Below are positions 51,066-64,000 of a DNA stretch of 64,000 nucleotides, in pieces; positions within the stretch are counted from its first letter, which is position 1, and each line of letters opens with the position of its first letter. Source of the stretch: Lama glama (lineage: Eukaryota); assembly GCA_028534125.1 (NCBI GenBank), contig CM052832.1, forward strand, positions 5,270,001-5,334,000. The letters are read 5' to 3'. The notes under the pieces were generated by a model, which saw only the letters and a program-made list of their open reading frames with translations, searched no databases and was not told the DNA's origin. A program made the position numbers and the translations under genes.

Positions 51066-53034
51066 CATTTGCTTACAAATGATATCCCGTTAAGGAGCAT
51101 GACTTGGTTTTGATAATCAATAACATAAGAAGAAAGTTTTTACCTACTTCTTTAAGTTTCCCTGGACGTTTGATCATTGCCAGCATATTTTTCCTTTTGC
51201 TGCTGATTCTTGCTTTCTCTGACTCTGTTTTACACTATATACCTGCCTTTCTATTGCAGCCTAAAAATCTTTATACACATTTTCATTTTTGATCCTTTTC
51301 CATCTGCTCAGCACATGTGTGACTCTCCCACAATTCCTAGTTTTTGACCTCCAGTATACTTTTTTTTTTCCATTTTTAACAACGACAGTTGACTAGAGCT
51401 GTCACTGACTTGACTTTAGGTAGTTATAACTTCTTTTTCACAAAAACCTGAATTTAATGAAAACGTCTATTTTTCCCTATCCCCAAAATATTTCTAGGGA
51501 AGAGAGGCTCACATTCTCAAATGTGAATGTGCTTGTTAAAATTCACAAATGGAGAGCGGGCGTTCTGTGCACGGGGCAGTGCTGTGAGATTTGTCCCCTG
51601 GAGGAGACACAGTTCTCTGGCTTAGTTCCCGGTGTCAAATGAGAGTGTGGATGCTCAGGTTTCATCATTACTTTTAAAGATTTGTGCAGTTTCTTGGGGG
51701 AAGCAATAAAAATTGCTATTTAGGAATTAGAAAAAGTCCTTCATTTCTGGGAGGGGAAATGCCCTGATTAATTTAGTGACTCTTTTTGAGAAAACGTATA
51801 CCTGGTCCTGTACTAGTTTGGGTTTGGCCTCGCTTTCCTTTCTTCTGACTTCTGCTTCCTCTCTCCGTGAACTCCAGGAGCCTGTGGCTAATGTGCTGCT
51901 CCCTTGGTTTCGGTTTGTTCAGACAGCAGCCCTTCCCCCATCCCTGCCCCAGCTGCCTGGGTGAATACTCATTTCCTCAGGGTTACCTGTCTCTCCTGAG
52001 GGGCACATGGGAAATGCAGATGGACAGCATAAACCGTAAAAATAAAACACAAGATTTAAAGGAAGTCAGAAAAAAATGTGAATGAATACCAGCCTGTATA
52101 AAGTGTTATTAATCCTCTGTGGATTTCCATTTAAATTACAGTCTTGTGAATACTGACTCCTTCTCATCACTAGACTCTTAAGTCTTTGGTTTATCTCTCC
52201 TTTTTTTTTTCCGCTGTGGGCTTACAGTTTCTTTGGACGTATAGGGAGGTAATTACTCAGTTGACCTGAGATAACATTGTATAGAAGGAGCTGGCCATGA
52301 AGAAGCGGGGAATCTTATGAACGGGTAGGCTTCCCGGGAATTCAGGGAAGATTTTTAGAGCTAACTAATTTGGGAATGGAACATACAGGCAAAATTTTGC
52401 TGTGTCTCTGTGTTGCTTCCAGTGAGGAAAGCTGTTGATCTCTTCAGTGATGGGCACTCGGCTCTTCGTGGGCTCTCTTTTGTCCATATCCCATGTAGCG
52501 GGTCCCTCAGCTGCTCCACGGTCAGCATAAGGACAGCCAGGACAAAAGCCATTTAACGACACTCTCATCTTCCAGGCTTTGTGAGTCCATATTTTCTAAA
52601 CAGCGCAGCAGATTTAATTACTAATATATACGGATGTAAAGTTCTTTCCTTTTTATTTGCTTAGGTCTTAAATTTCTATTATCCATCTTTTCTAAATGCT
52701 GAAACAGATCAATTTGATATTATTTTCCCCAAATAATGAAATACATCAGATAATCTAAAACCCCCATTTTCCCTGTATTATACCAACCAGGGCCCTCTCC
52801 CTTCCCCTTCTCAGATCTGAACTGGCTTCATTGAAGAACTATTCAAAGAGGCCTGGTATTTTGTAGGTACTCAAAACCTCCAGAATAATAATGCTTCTAA
52901 ATGTTTTTCAAATGTTTTTCATATCTTCCTTTTTTTAAGCAAAATTTATTTGACCACATATCTGTTATACACATTTCACATGGCATTCAAAATACCATAT
53001 CCAAAATAAACCATTTTTAAAAGAATGTTTTAAT

Positions 53035-53190
53035 ATGACAAAGCTTCAAGCTATCTAGGATAGCAGTTTCAAGAACTGTAAAGAGAAATCGAGAAATCCA
53101 CAAATTATAGTCAGAAATTTTAATATCCTTCTCTCAACAATTGATGGAATGAGTACAAAAAAAATGAAGATTTAAGAAACATGAAGATAT
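53035..53190 (+). mobile_element. L1 ORF2 endonuclease-region fragment
   Basis: AGAACTGTAAAGAGAAAT.GA.AAATCCACA..TTATAGT..ATTTTAAT..CCTTCTCTCA..AATTGAT. Confidence 0.6.
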
Positions 53191-54775
53191 TGTATTTCAT
53201 GACAATCTGTAGGCGTTACTGACCCCAAATTACCTAAGGCAAGAGACGAAAAAGGAGAGGGGTACTTTTGACATGGAAGCCATGGAGATGCTCAGTGCGT
53301 GCTGGAGGCAGGTTAATAGTTATGCTTATGAAATCATGCATCCTCACTACTGTCCTGTTTTGTGCTCTGGGGCCTGCTGTTTATATGGCCTAAGATTCCT
53401 TTCCCTTTTTCTGACCGTCTAACAAGCTCAAGTATTATTTATGATTCAGCTCAGTGGTGATCTCCTCTTAGAGGACTTCACTTATCCTCCAGGGTTAGAT
53501 TAACCCCTCTGCCCTGTAGCCTTCCCATTCTCCAGCACTTTTTTTGTAACCTTATTTTAAGATTTGTTTTTCTCCCACTATATCTGCTTAAATCACCTAA
53601 ATACCATCTGAAGAAAACACTTTTGATGAATGTTATTTATATGCAGTTTCAAAGTAAAAAACCAGTGCATAATGAAATGTCAGTATTTTACATTTTCTAA
53701 AGCTTATTTTAAGAAACGTAAGTAAAACGGCATTAATTGAACAGATATATTTAACTAAAGCTTTAATATGAATCACATCAAAACAATAAAACTTTAATTA
53801 ACATTAAAAACATTAAAACTTTAATGTTTTTCCTTTTAAAATACAGGTTTCTCAAAATAGCTTAGGGCAAACACCAGCTCACAGCACAGCACATTTCCAG
53901 GGAGTCTGAATCTCAGGGAAACTGAAACTGCCTCTTTGTAGAATTTAAGGGAAATTCATTTTGACCTGCTTAAAGGTATGCTATTGTTTTTAAAAATCCT
54001 CTGCTAAACACTAATTTCTCCCCCTCCCTTCATTACCGAAGCTGTGTGGAATTCACTCTCATGGGTAGGCTGAGGACAACCCATTGTCTCCGCCAAGGTG
54101 AATGGCAGGGTGGACACAGCCACCCACCATCGGGGCAGGACTTGCTCTCTGGGAAGCTGGCTTCCCAGCCAGGGCGAGAAAACCTCAGGCAGGCAGACAC
54201 CAGCCCTGTGTTAAGTGGTAAACTGCACGGCCAACTGAGGGACATGGAACAGTAGCTATAGAGTGAATGGAAAGGACAGTGGTTGAGCTGACATATTTTG
54301 GAGAGATTTAGATCCTCCGATGGCATCAGAGGTAAGAAAGGGAGCTGGAGCACATAGTGTGTCATTTTTTGATGTCTTTAAAACAGGGGGGAAGTGTGAC
54401 TACCCTTGATTGTCTTTCTTCAGATACAACTTCAGTAAAATAGCACAAAGTCATTCCTCAGACCTTTACTTTTACTCCGTAATTTTCAGCATCATCAAAT
54501 AAAAGGACCATATTTAAAAGGAGAAAGGTTGTAGATTACTCACAGAATTTAAAATCAACAACATTTCAAGAATTTCTATAATATGTCCCATTCGAAAGAA
54601 TGTGGGTCTCCGCTATAATTTTTAAGATGTGACTTCATCCTTATAGAATGGTTTTTAAAACTGTGTATGATATTGTGTTATAATTCTAAAGAGTAAAAAT
54701 TGCAATAAGCTTGTTGGAAATTCATATGCTGCTATCCACTGCTAATGTTTATGGAAATTCTGCATTCTAATTAGA

Positions 54776-54980
54776 CCAAGGTTTTTTGACCTCAAAACTA
54801 TTGACATTTTGGTCTGGCTGTTCTCTGCTGTGCAAGTTTTCTGCTCATTGTAGGATGGTTAACGGCATCTCCAGCCTCCACACACCATATGCTAGAAGCG
54901 TCCTACAGTTGTTACAGTAAAAAATACGCCAGAAATTGCTAAATGTCCCATGGAGGTAAAATCACCCCCATTCAGAAATG
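54776..54980 (+). mobile_element. MER20 (hAT-Charlie MITE)
   Basis: ACTATTGACATTTTGG..CATTGTAGGATG.TTA.CGGCATC..ATTGCTAAATGTCCC.TGG.GGTAAAATCACCCCC. Confidence 0.85.
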
Positions 54981-55739
54981 AAAATGAGGTTTCCCTAGGC
55001 GGGGAGACACACAGCTGTTTGAGGTGCCAAAAAGAGCTTTTTACTGAAACAAAACTGACTTTGAATCCCAGGTTTATCCTTTCATACCTCTGTGAATTTA
55101 ATGAATTTATGTAATCTCTTAAGACCCTCATTTTCCTTCCTGAAATTTATGAATAATAAAAGCTAAAATAAATTTCATATAAAATGCACTGTAAATAAGC
55201 AACAACTTAAAGGCTCCATTGGTTTTATATTTAGCAATATTTATCTTAATTAGCATGCATGCTGACACTAAAATACTTTAGTTGCATTTCAAATAATAGC
55301 TTTATTGTATACATTCATTTCCACTCCCATCAGTTACCCAATTAAAATGATTTTTGAAAGGGATTTTTCTATAGCAAAAAGGGAACAGAAAGAGGAAAGT
55401 AGCAGACAAAGAATTTCAACTAATATCTGAGGGGCTATAAATGAATCGGGGGAGAGATGACTAATGAAAATTGAATGCATTCCTCATGGAAGGAAGTTTT
55501 CAAAACCTGTTAGTTAAGAAGCATCACCCGTACACTTATTTCTCACAATTATTTGCATTTGTTGCTTTGTCTTTAAACATGAAACAAAGCTTATTGATAT
55601 TTAGAAATGTCTGAAAAAGGGGAAAAAGGAAATGAAACACACTTTAAAATTATCATAAAATAAATTCAGTTACGTAAAACAATTTGAAAAATTGGTATAT
55701 ACAGAGATTCTGATCTACTTTGTACATAAAACAAGAAAA

Positions 55740-56790
55740 TAATATAATTAAAAGGAAGAACTAGTTAACAATAAAAAACTTCAAAATTTAAAAATTGATT
55801 TCTGAAATTAAAAAGAAAATTGTGTAAGGGTAAGAAGACAAAGTTGAGAAAGTCTCCAAGAAAGAACAAAAAGTCAGAGATTGAAAATAGCGAGGAGCAG
55901 AAGAGATACTGAGGAGTGATGCGAATTCCCATCATCTGATTAAAGACAAAGCAGAAAGCAGAGGCCAGTACCCCACGGCTTAATGGATACAGGTGAATTA
56001 TTTTATAACTGAAATCGCGAGACTTCAATTATTCAGCAAATGGGGCAGTGCTTACTTAGATATATCCCTGTGAAAATTGGAGGAAAATGAGAGCATTCCA
56101 TAGGCTCCAAAGAGGAAAGAAGAAGAAAAAAAACAACCCCAGAATAGAAGACACTTGACAGAGGAACAAGAAACACATTTTTGTAAGACTCAGTCGCAAG
56201 AATCAAAACTAAAAGACAATGAAGTGGGTCTTTTGAATTTCTGGGAGCAAATGGTCTCAGCATCTACACTAGTTAAGCTTTCCTACATGAATGAGGGCTG
56301 ACAACAGGTATTTTGCGTATTTAATTACTCAAATAATGGATTCTCCACAAGCCTTTTCTTTAGGAAGTTGCCTGGAGGGTAAATTTGGGAGGAGATTTGA
56401 GAGGAACTTTAGAAACCTAAGTAGCTGGGAGCTACAAAAGATTGAATAAAAATAAAAATGTAACAAAGGTAACCTATAACGAACCTAAAAGCATTAATAT
56501 TACCATTTGCAAGAAAAATGGAGGGAAAGTGGTGATAGTATCGTGAGTGAACAACACTCTAAATAGTCGTGGGAGGAAGGCAATACTTGACTAAAATTGA
56601 AAAATCTAGAAAAGATGATACAAATCCTATTGTGAGATACTGAAGTCTATGTCTGAAGAAATATTTAAAATAAAAAGTATTTAGCTTAAGGGAGTAAAAC
56701 CGTAGATAAGGAAAGGTATGGAGGGAAAATATTGTTTTTCATTACAAGTCATTTTGTAGCATTTTAATATTTTTATGCATGATTATGCTT
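55740..56790 (+). mobile_element. HAL1/L1ME ORF1-like element, heavily decayed
   Basis: Purine-rich ORF1-like body (GAAGACAAAGTTGAGAAA.TCTCC..CCTTTTCTTAGGAAGTT.CTGGAGG) and a HAL1-like 3' end (TGTTTTTCATTA.AAG). Confidence 0.55.
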
Positions 56791-57142
56791 ACAGTGTCAT
56801 GTTCTCCAAATAAAGACATGGAATTAAATAACCCCCCCCCCAAATAGAATTTACCTGTAATCATTTCTAAATCCAAATGTGACTGAATTAGGGGATTTGT
56901 AACCCTTCAAATACAGAAGCAATACCATCCTTCAGCACAAGCCAACCTTAGCAGGAGATACGCACATAGTTTTTATTTATTTTTATCTGTCTGTATGTCT
57001 GTCTCTCCATCTTTACCATCCTCTCTTCTTCCAATCTCACCTTGCTGTCTTTACTTGCTCTTCACTCTTCCCTCCATTTCGTTAACTTATGATGTAATAT
57101 GAAAGCCTTAGGAGGCATTCAATGCCTCTTATATACCCACTG

Positions 57143-57220
57143 CAAAAAGAAAGAAAGAAAGAAAGAATGAGAGAGAGAGAGAGAGAGAGAAAGAAAGAAA
57201 GGAAGAAAGAAAGTAAGAAA
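57143..57220. repeat. Compound (GAAA)n/(GA)n microsatellite
   Basis: Almost pure purine tract. Confidence 0.95.
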
Positions 57221-58699
57221 GGCAACTCTTGTGACTTCCCTTGTTGTAGGGAAAGGGTGAATGCAGGATCAGATATAGAAGGTGAGGGTGTCAAAGGAAT
57301 TAGGCAGCAATAATAATAGTTAACATTCATTAATGTCAAATAAATGCAGGGCACTTCATAACCCAAATCTCATTTGACTCTAAAGATACGATCTTAAGGA
57401 TTTAAGAGCTCTGTTTTATAGTCAAATACACTAAGACTGTGGATATTAAGATACCACATCTGTCAAACTGCGGAGCTTGGATGTGAACGTGGTCCTATTT
57501 GAAACCAAAGATCATAGTCTTTTCTCTCCACCAAATTGTTTTAAAAAAAGAAGTTACATTTCTGGTTTTATCATACGATTTTTATTTGTTGATTCCCCTT
57601 AAGGTTTAAGCAGGCATCTCATTAAAAACAAAATACAACAAAACAAAACGTAATGGGTCCTGAGCCATTGCGGTCAATACCATCCTTAGCCGCTGACCTT
57701 GGTTTAAATTCTCATGGTGCTCTCCACGTAGATGCTAGTTCTTTGGTCCCACCAGATTCTAGGCCTGATCACCTTGCTTCCCTAATTTCATTTGTTAGGC
57801 TGGTGATGTAAAGATTCCTCCGGGGTGAATCCCATCGAAATCCCAGGGAAAGCAAAAAAAAAAAAAAAAATGACATACAGAGTAAATATCAACAGAAATA
57901 ATAAGATTAGGAAAAGTCAATAAGAGATGCTGAGACAGGGAGGCCATGCTTAGAGATTAGATGCCTCCGAGGAAGCAACGTGAGCAGGCAGAAATAGGGA
58001 TGTGGCTGAGGAGTGGAGGAAGGTCACGGTGGAGAAAAGAGCAGCGTGATGTGCGCTGTTCTTCCACCTCCTGCTCCGGGAAACGTGACACCAAGCTGCC
58101 TCTAAGTTTCTAAGGTTTTTTTTTTTTTCTTTTTTTAATTCTGAGCCATAACAACTTCATTTTTCAAGGAATAAAAAGAAGCACATAATAAAAGTTTATA
58201 AGAAGTGATCTGTCATGTCAGACGAGAATCACTGACAAGGTTTTAGTACATGTCAGTGACAAAACCCAGATCATATCAAACTCCATCTCAGTTTAAGTAA
58301 AATGTGGGGTCACAGTGACATGCTTCCTCTATAGGTCAAAATTACTTCATGGACAGTTTTGTGAAATTGTTTTCTGAGCACTTCAAATGAGGCCACTGTA
58401 ACATGATGGAGTGATGGTAGCTCGCATGTGGTTCTAAGCATCAGGTTTTGTGATGCGCTACAGATTCCTCCGATACTGGAGCACCAAGCAGTGCCATTTA
58501 TACACACACAGACATGTGCGTGCACACACACAGTATCTACCTGAAATTTTGGATGAATTAAATCATAGAAAAGGAAAGGAGGTTTAGTTTTCTTGCCCTT
58601 TTATTCTGTCTTGTAGGCTTGTTCATTTTCATATTTTCTCTGCAAATGCAAACCATTCATAGATATGTGAAATATATCATTCTAGATATGTGAAATATA

Positions 58700-59340
58700 T
58701 TGCACATTTAGAAAAGTCCAGCAGAAAATGAAAAGCTCAATGATACATCACAAAGTAAATACAGCACCTGGACATGATGGACACGATGAAAGTCTTAACT
58801 ACAAAAAAATGCATCACAAAGTCTCAGCACCTCTCACTGCACTCACTTCAGTCACCACCCCTCCCCTCCACAAAGTGATGGCAAATCAGACTTCTGTATT
58901 TTCATATAATTAAATTCCAGAAAATACTCAATAGTATTTCTTCATAATTTATCTCCTGAGGACCTCAACCCTAAATATATTTTTACATGTTTAATAAATA
59001 TTTTGATTTTTGTACAAATGTATCCTATTGTATGTGGCTTTTGCTTTGGTTAATGTTATGTTTTTTGATTATTTCCCCCCAAATTCTCAGATGTATCATT
59101 TTCATTTTTATAGAATGTCCCATTTTATGCAGATGCCATTCTAAGCTTGATGGGCATTTCAGCTGTTTTGAGGTTTTTGTTAATATGGTGTGACCGTGTT
59201 GCTGTGGTATATTCTTGGACGTGTCTCTTGGTAAACATGAGCAGGCTTTTTCAATGGATATATTCCTAGGGTTATGATTGACAGGTCCTAAGTATGTCTG
59301 TCTTAACATTTGTTTGTAATGCCCAACAGTTTTGTTATTG
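58700..59340 (-). mobile_element. Old L1ME-type 3' end
   Basis: TTGATGGGCATTT..TGTTTT.AG.TTTTTG..ATATTCTTG.AC.TGTCTCTTGGT..GGATATATTCCTAG. Confidence 0.65.
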
Positions 59341-59987
59341 CATTGACTGAATGTCTTTTCATGAGTATTAATCCAAACACAGGATATCACTTGTAGTAAA
59401 TCTTCTCCCACCTCCGGTTTGGACTGTGTCCAGCTGGGGTCCTGGCTCTGGGATTCTGTCTCTCTGTTTTGCCAGATGTTTTGAATTACTGGAGGTTTGA
59501 GATGACTTGGTCACTGTACTTGTCCCAGGAGAAATCTGCTGCTTAATTTTATCTTTAAATTTGGGATGAATGCCCCAGCATCCCACAAAAATATATTTTA
59601 TGTATCTTTATGAGGAAACACTTCACCTCAAAACTCTGACACGGCTCCGCCTCGGAGGGTTCTGCTGTGCAAAGCCTGACCACATGTCCTGCATCAGCAG
59701 GATGTATGTCTCAGGTAAAGGTGAAAGTTTTCACTGTGTTATCGCTGTCGTAGCTAATGCCTGGCTGTGCTTACACCTGTAGCCTGCGTCTTTGAAACAC
59801 AAATATTTTGTTTTCTGGGTTCTGTGTAATGGAACTATGACAGATACTTCAGTAAACACCACACTGCAAAGAACTACTTTAAGGAGCATGGCATACTATC
59901 CTTACTGCACACAGATTAGAGAAGTGTGAAATGGAAAATGCCAAGCGCAGTGTTAGGTAAATGTTAATGAAATGTGATATTTTAAAA

Positions 59988-60860
59988 AGAGTTGAAGAAT
60001 TGTTCAACATTGCTCATTATCAGAGAAATGCAAATCAAAACTACAGCGAGGTANNNNNNNNNNNNNNNNNNNNNNNNNNNNNNNNNNNNNNNNNNNNNNN
60101 NNNNNNNNNNNNNNNNNNNNNNNNNNNNNNNNNNNNNNNNNNNNNNNNNNNNNNNNNNNNNNNNNNNNNNNNNNNNNNNNNNNNNNNNNNNNNNNNNNNN
60201 NNNNNNNNNNNNNNNNNACTTACCCTATGATCCAGCAATCCCACTCCCAGGCATATATCCAGAAGGAACTCTAACTCGCAAAGACACACGCACCCCAATG
60301 TTCACAGCAGCACTATCAACAATAGCCAAGACATAGAAACAACCTAAAAGTCCACTGACAGATGACTGGATAAGGAAGATGTGGTATATACACACAGTGG
60401 ACTACTACTGAGCCGTAAAAACGAATGAAATAATGCCATTTTCAGTAACACGGATGGACCCAGATAGAGATTATCATGCTAAGTGAAGTAAGTCAGAGAG
60501 AAATACGTATCATAGGACATCACTTACATGTGGAATCTAAAAGAAAAAAGATACAGATGAACTTATTTACAAAACAAAAACAGATTCAGACATAGAAAAC
60601 AAATTTGTGGTTACTAAAGGGGAAGGCGGGTGGGGATAACTAGGAGTTTAGGATTAGCAGATCCAAACGACTGTATATAAAACAAGTAAACAAAAAGGCC
60701 CTGCTGTACAGCACAGGGAACTACATTCAATATCTTGTAATAACCCATAATGAAAAAGAATGTGAAAAGGAATATATACATAAATGAATTACTTTGCTGT
60801 ACACCAGAAGCTAACACAGCATTGTAAATCAACTATACTTCAATTTTAAAAATTAAAACA
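59988..60860 (+). mobile_element. Relatively young 5'-truncated L1 (ORF2 C-terminus and 3' UTR), spanning N gap 60054-60217
   Basis: CSTLLIIREMQIKTT..LPYDPAIPL.GIYP..TPMFTAAL.TIAKT. The 3' UTR ends AAATCAACTATACTTCAAT plus an A-rich tail. Confidence 0.93.
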
Positions 60861-62929
60861 AAATAGATTAAAAAATTTTTTTTAAAGATGTGGTAAAACT
60901 CAAAAGAACTGAAGAAAATAAAACAAAATTGGAGAGTGGATGAATATACCAGGTAAGTACCCCCACTGGACTCCAAATCACACAATTCTGAAGACTCCTT
61001 TACATAGAAAAATAAATGGTATGAAATCAAACTGAATCATCAGACTGTGACTAAACTGAAGCCAGATCTCTGTATAAAGTTACTTGATTCAGCTACAGTC
61101 AGCAGAAGTTACAGGGAAATATTCTAAATCCACACAATAATGAACACACACATGCTAAATATTGTAGCATCCGTCAATTAAATTTAAAACAGCCAGGGAG
61201 AGAAATGACAAATCTCTTTCTTCACGGTCAAGAAAGGACCTTAATTAAAGACACAGATACCAGAACAAGGACCCTGTGTAAACAATACAAATGTCTAGAG
61301 CCCAACGCAGCTTTCTCCAATCCTGAAAGTTACGGGGAGTCTTCATTATTCAGAGGATAATCTTCTCATCCGTAAAGGAGGACACTGATCTCTGAGAGAA
61401 ACTTCCACATTATCTGAGGAAAGAATTGATAATGAATTAGTGCCCAAATCAGCCCTCTGCATTCGTCTTGTCCTTCTGAATGCACACATCTGTGTGCCTT
61501 GATGAATGGCTTCTACTGATTTTCTCAGAGCCTGAAGATATTAAACACACATTAAAGATTCCATTGATCTTACATAAATAAGCAGAGGAACGGCAGAGAA
61601 CTCATCTCTCAAAGTTGACAGAAATAGGTTGGACTGTTTTAATGAATCGTGATTCAAAGTTTCCCTGCATGGTATCAGTTCTCTTTCAGATGCTGAGTGT
61701 GATGTCCTGTGATGTTTTCAGACATAATACATTTGATAGAAAAATGTTCAGAAACTCCGTGTGTGGTGTGGGATCTGGGTAAGGGGCAGTGACAGGTATA
61801 AGGGATGATAATTAATATTTATGAAAATATCCTTCTGCCATCCGCTTCACTTTTGTTATCTAATGTATTTTCCCAAACAACCCTTAATGAAATCGGTATG
61901 ATTTCAGACAAAGAGGTGGGTGACTTGGTGGGAATACAAAAATAAAATGCCACAGATAATGCATCTTGAAACCTGGAGAGGTAGGATTTAAATTTAGAAT
62001 TTTCTAGCCCTTAAGTCAATAATCTTTCTCCTACAGCACACCAGTCCTGCAGAGAAATGACAATTGTATTTTCATCGTAAATGTTTTCTCCATGAGGCAA
62101 ACAAAGATCACTATGTATTACAATACAATGTTTAGGAATTTTAACTTTTGAGGAGAGTAAAAATGCTATATTTCGTTTTTTATATTCTCAGTGAGGCAAA
62201 TGGCTTTATTATCTTTGTAATCAGGAAGAATCGCATAGATATTGAAATAAGCAAAAAATAAATGAGAACGGTGGTAAGAATAAGGCCGGGGTTATGATGG
62301 CTGGTCCTTGCCTTGTCCTTCCTTTGACTGGACTTTTGCACTTGCTGGAGCTTATTTGGCATCTTTGTGCATCACTGTGAAAGGGCACCGGGGCCAGTCA
62401 AGGTGCTCTGTGGCACTGGTGTGGACTTTGGCCATCATCAGTGGAGTATGCAAATGAAGGAACAGGCAGAGGGATTCAGATTCTTATCTACCAGCTCACT
62501 GTTAGGTAATACGGTAAACTGGACTTGGCTGCTTGTTTTTTTTCTGCATCTCCCAATTGAACATAAATATATGTGCCCATCCCCTCTGAACTCTCAAGTT
62601 CTCCATCTCACTTCACGTTGGCACAGTCTTCCACAAATCAGGTCAGGCAACTCAAAATTCTTTCATATTTGCTTAAGCGGGTGGTTTTGTAGCAGACCTG
62701 ATTATCAGTGCAGCTGAATTGATTTTGCATGTGGAGGTAAGTTTAGGAATGACGTGAGGATCAATGAAACTGAAAAATGCTTTGGAGATCACTGGGGAAG
62801 TCAATTGTAGACTTACTGAATTCTGTGTTTCTAGTCTCTTTTAATAAGCCAGTTAATATAGTCTTACAAATGAAAAGATGTAATCAATATATTATTCGCT
62901 CTCTAATGTTGCCAAGAAGAGCTTCTGTA

Positions 62930-63760
62930 TACTCCACTGATATATTTAAATACCCTGAATGTGCTCAACATGAGGCAGAAATTTTAAGATGCAAACATAA
63001 ATGGTGCACACACAAAAAAATGAAGTATTGTGCATGGCCATATGTTACAGGAACGCAGTAAGTGCTATGTGTGGACAAATTCAACCAGAATACCAAGAAG
63101 AGAGAGATTAATGTGACCTGAATTGGTCCAAGAGAATCTTCGAGGGAAGATGTGACTTTGACAAATCTTAAAAGATACGTTTAGAGAGCAGAGGAGAAAA
63201 TGAGAGTTACGTGGGTGGGTGAGAATACAGTACATAGTATGTCTTCAGGACGATGAGAATAGGGCAGCTGAAGTAGAGCTATTAGGTTGGGAAATAGAAG
63301 GACATATTTGGAAACGTAAATTAGGGACAATTCGTGGCACCGTGAATGTCGGATGCAGACTCAACAACAATGCCCATTTGATAATGTTGCTCTTGTTCAT
63401 ATGACCATGATAAACTCACATCACTTACAGACATCAGTTTTTTATTTTAGAACACGCGGGGCTTGGGGCTGATGATTTCTGTGTTCCTCAATAGACTGAA
63501 AAGTCTGTTACCCTGAGATTCCAAGATGTTTAGACTTCAGGCTGCAGGCGGTGGGGGAAGTCACTAATATTTCTAAGTGAGGATATCTTTGACAAAGTTC
63601 AATTTGGGGTAATTGTTCTGGTGGTATAGATTAGAGGAAAGGAGATTTTAGCCCAGAAGACCAGACTGTAGAATATTGCATTAGCCCAACACTGAAATAG
63701 TGTGGTAGCATTGACAGTAAAAATAAAGGGATAGATTTGAGGAGTAAATTAACAAGTAAC
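62930..63760 (-). mobile_element. L2 LINE fragments
   Basis: AGTAAGTGCTATG..GGAAGATGTGACTTTGA..GAAGACCAG..AATATTGCA.TAG.CCA..GGATAGATTTGAG. Confidence 0.55.
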
Positions 63761-64000
63761 ATCAAGAAAACAGAAGCCTTCTTGGTGGAATTCATCGCCT
63801 CCCAAATTTACCTTGACTCACCCCCACCCCCGCCCCCGAATCTCACCTGACGGGAACGGGTGTGAAGGTGCAGGTCTCTTGAGACCCTCTCAGAGATACA
63901 TTCAATGCCTAACTCTCTTCTCCTCCCAGCGCTGGGAGGGGGATGGTGGAGGGTGGATTTTATTCTTACAGACTAATTGTTCCTCAGCTTGTGAGTCTCT

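Noticed and set aside
58654-58700. 23-24-bp tandem duplication (similar short ones at ~8545 and ~24800)
   Set aside because: Ordinary slippage duplications with two units and no spacers, so not CRISPR-like.
60888-60958. Perfect donor CAG|GTAAGT with an upstream acceptor-like tract
   Set aside because: Stops in all phases, and the T tract lies at the edge of the L1 tail.
62693-62742. Exon-like unit DLIISAAELILHVE with donor GAG|GTAAGT
   Set aside because: Weak pyrimidine tract, not frame-preserving, peptide not recognised.
1-64000. Prokaryote-type systems (CRISPR arrays, operons, defence islands) or an intact retrogene
   Set aside because: Mammalian non-coding DNA; no long intact ORF, repeat-spacer array or processed pseudogene was recognised.

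Overview
Mammalian nuclear DNA, AT-rich, with no CpG island and four N gaps. It is almost certainly a camelid (alpaca, llama or camel), because it carries seven copies of a tRNA-Ala-derived SINE matching the camelid vic-1 family. I can support no intact protein-coding gene. The listed ORFs are short chance ORFs, N-gap artefacts, or decayed L1 and ERV-L coding remnants. The window looks like a long intron or gene desert. It is filled with transposon fossils (L1, L2, HAL1, MIR, MaLR/ERV-L LTRs, hAT MITEs, and an ERV-L gag and pol/LTR remnant), separated by repeat-free islands rich in transcription-factor motifs. I did not find a convincing novel multi-gene system. The best leads are: two + strand microexon-like units (21 nt and 15 nt, both open in phase 2); all seven SINEs lying on the - strand; several candidate enhancers; and an L1 with an internal inversion bounded by a 15-bp inverted repeat. 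Repeat family names are recalled from consensus sequences, not from a database run, and old-repeat boundaries are approximate.
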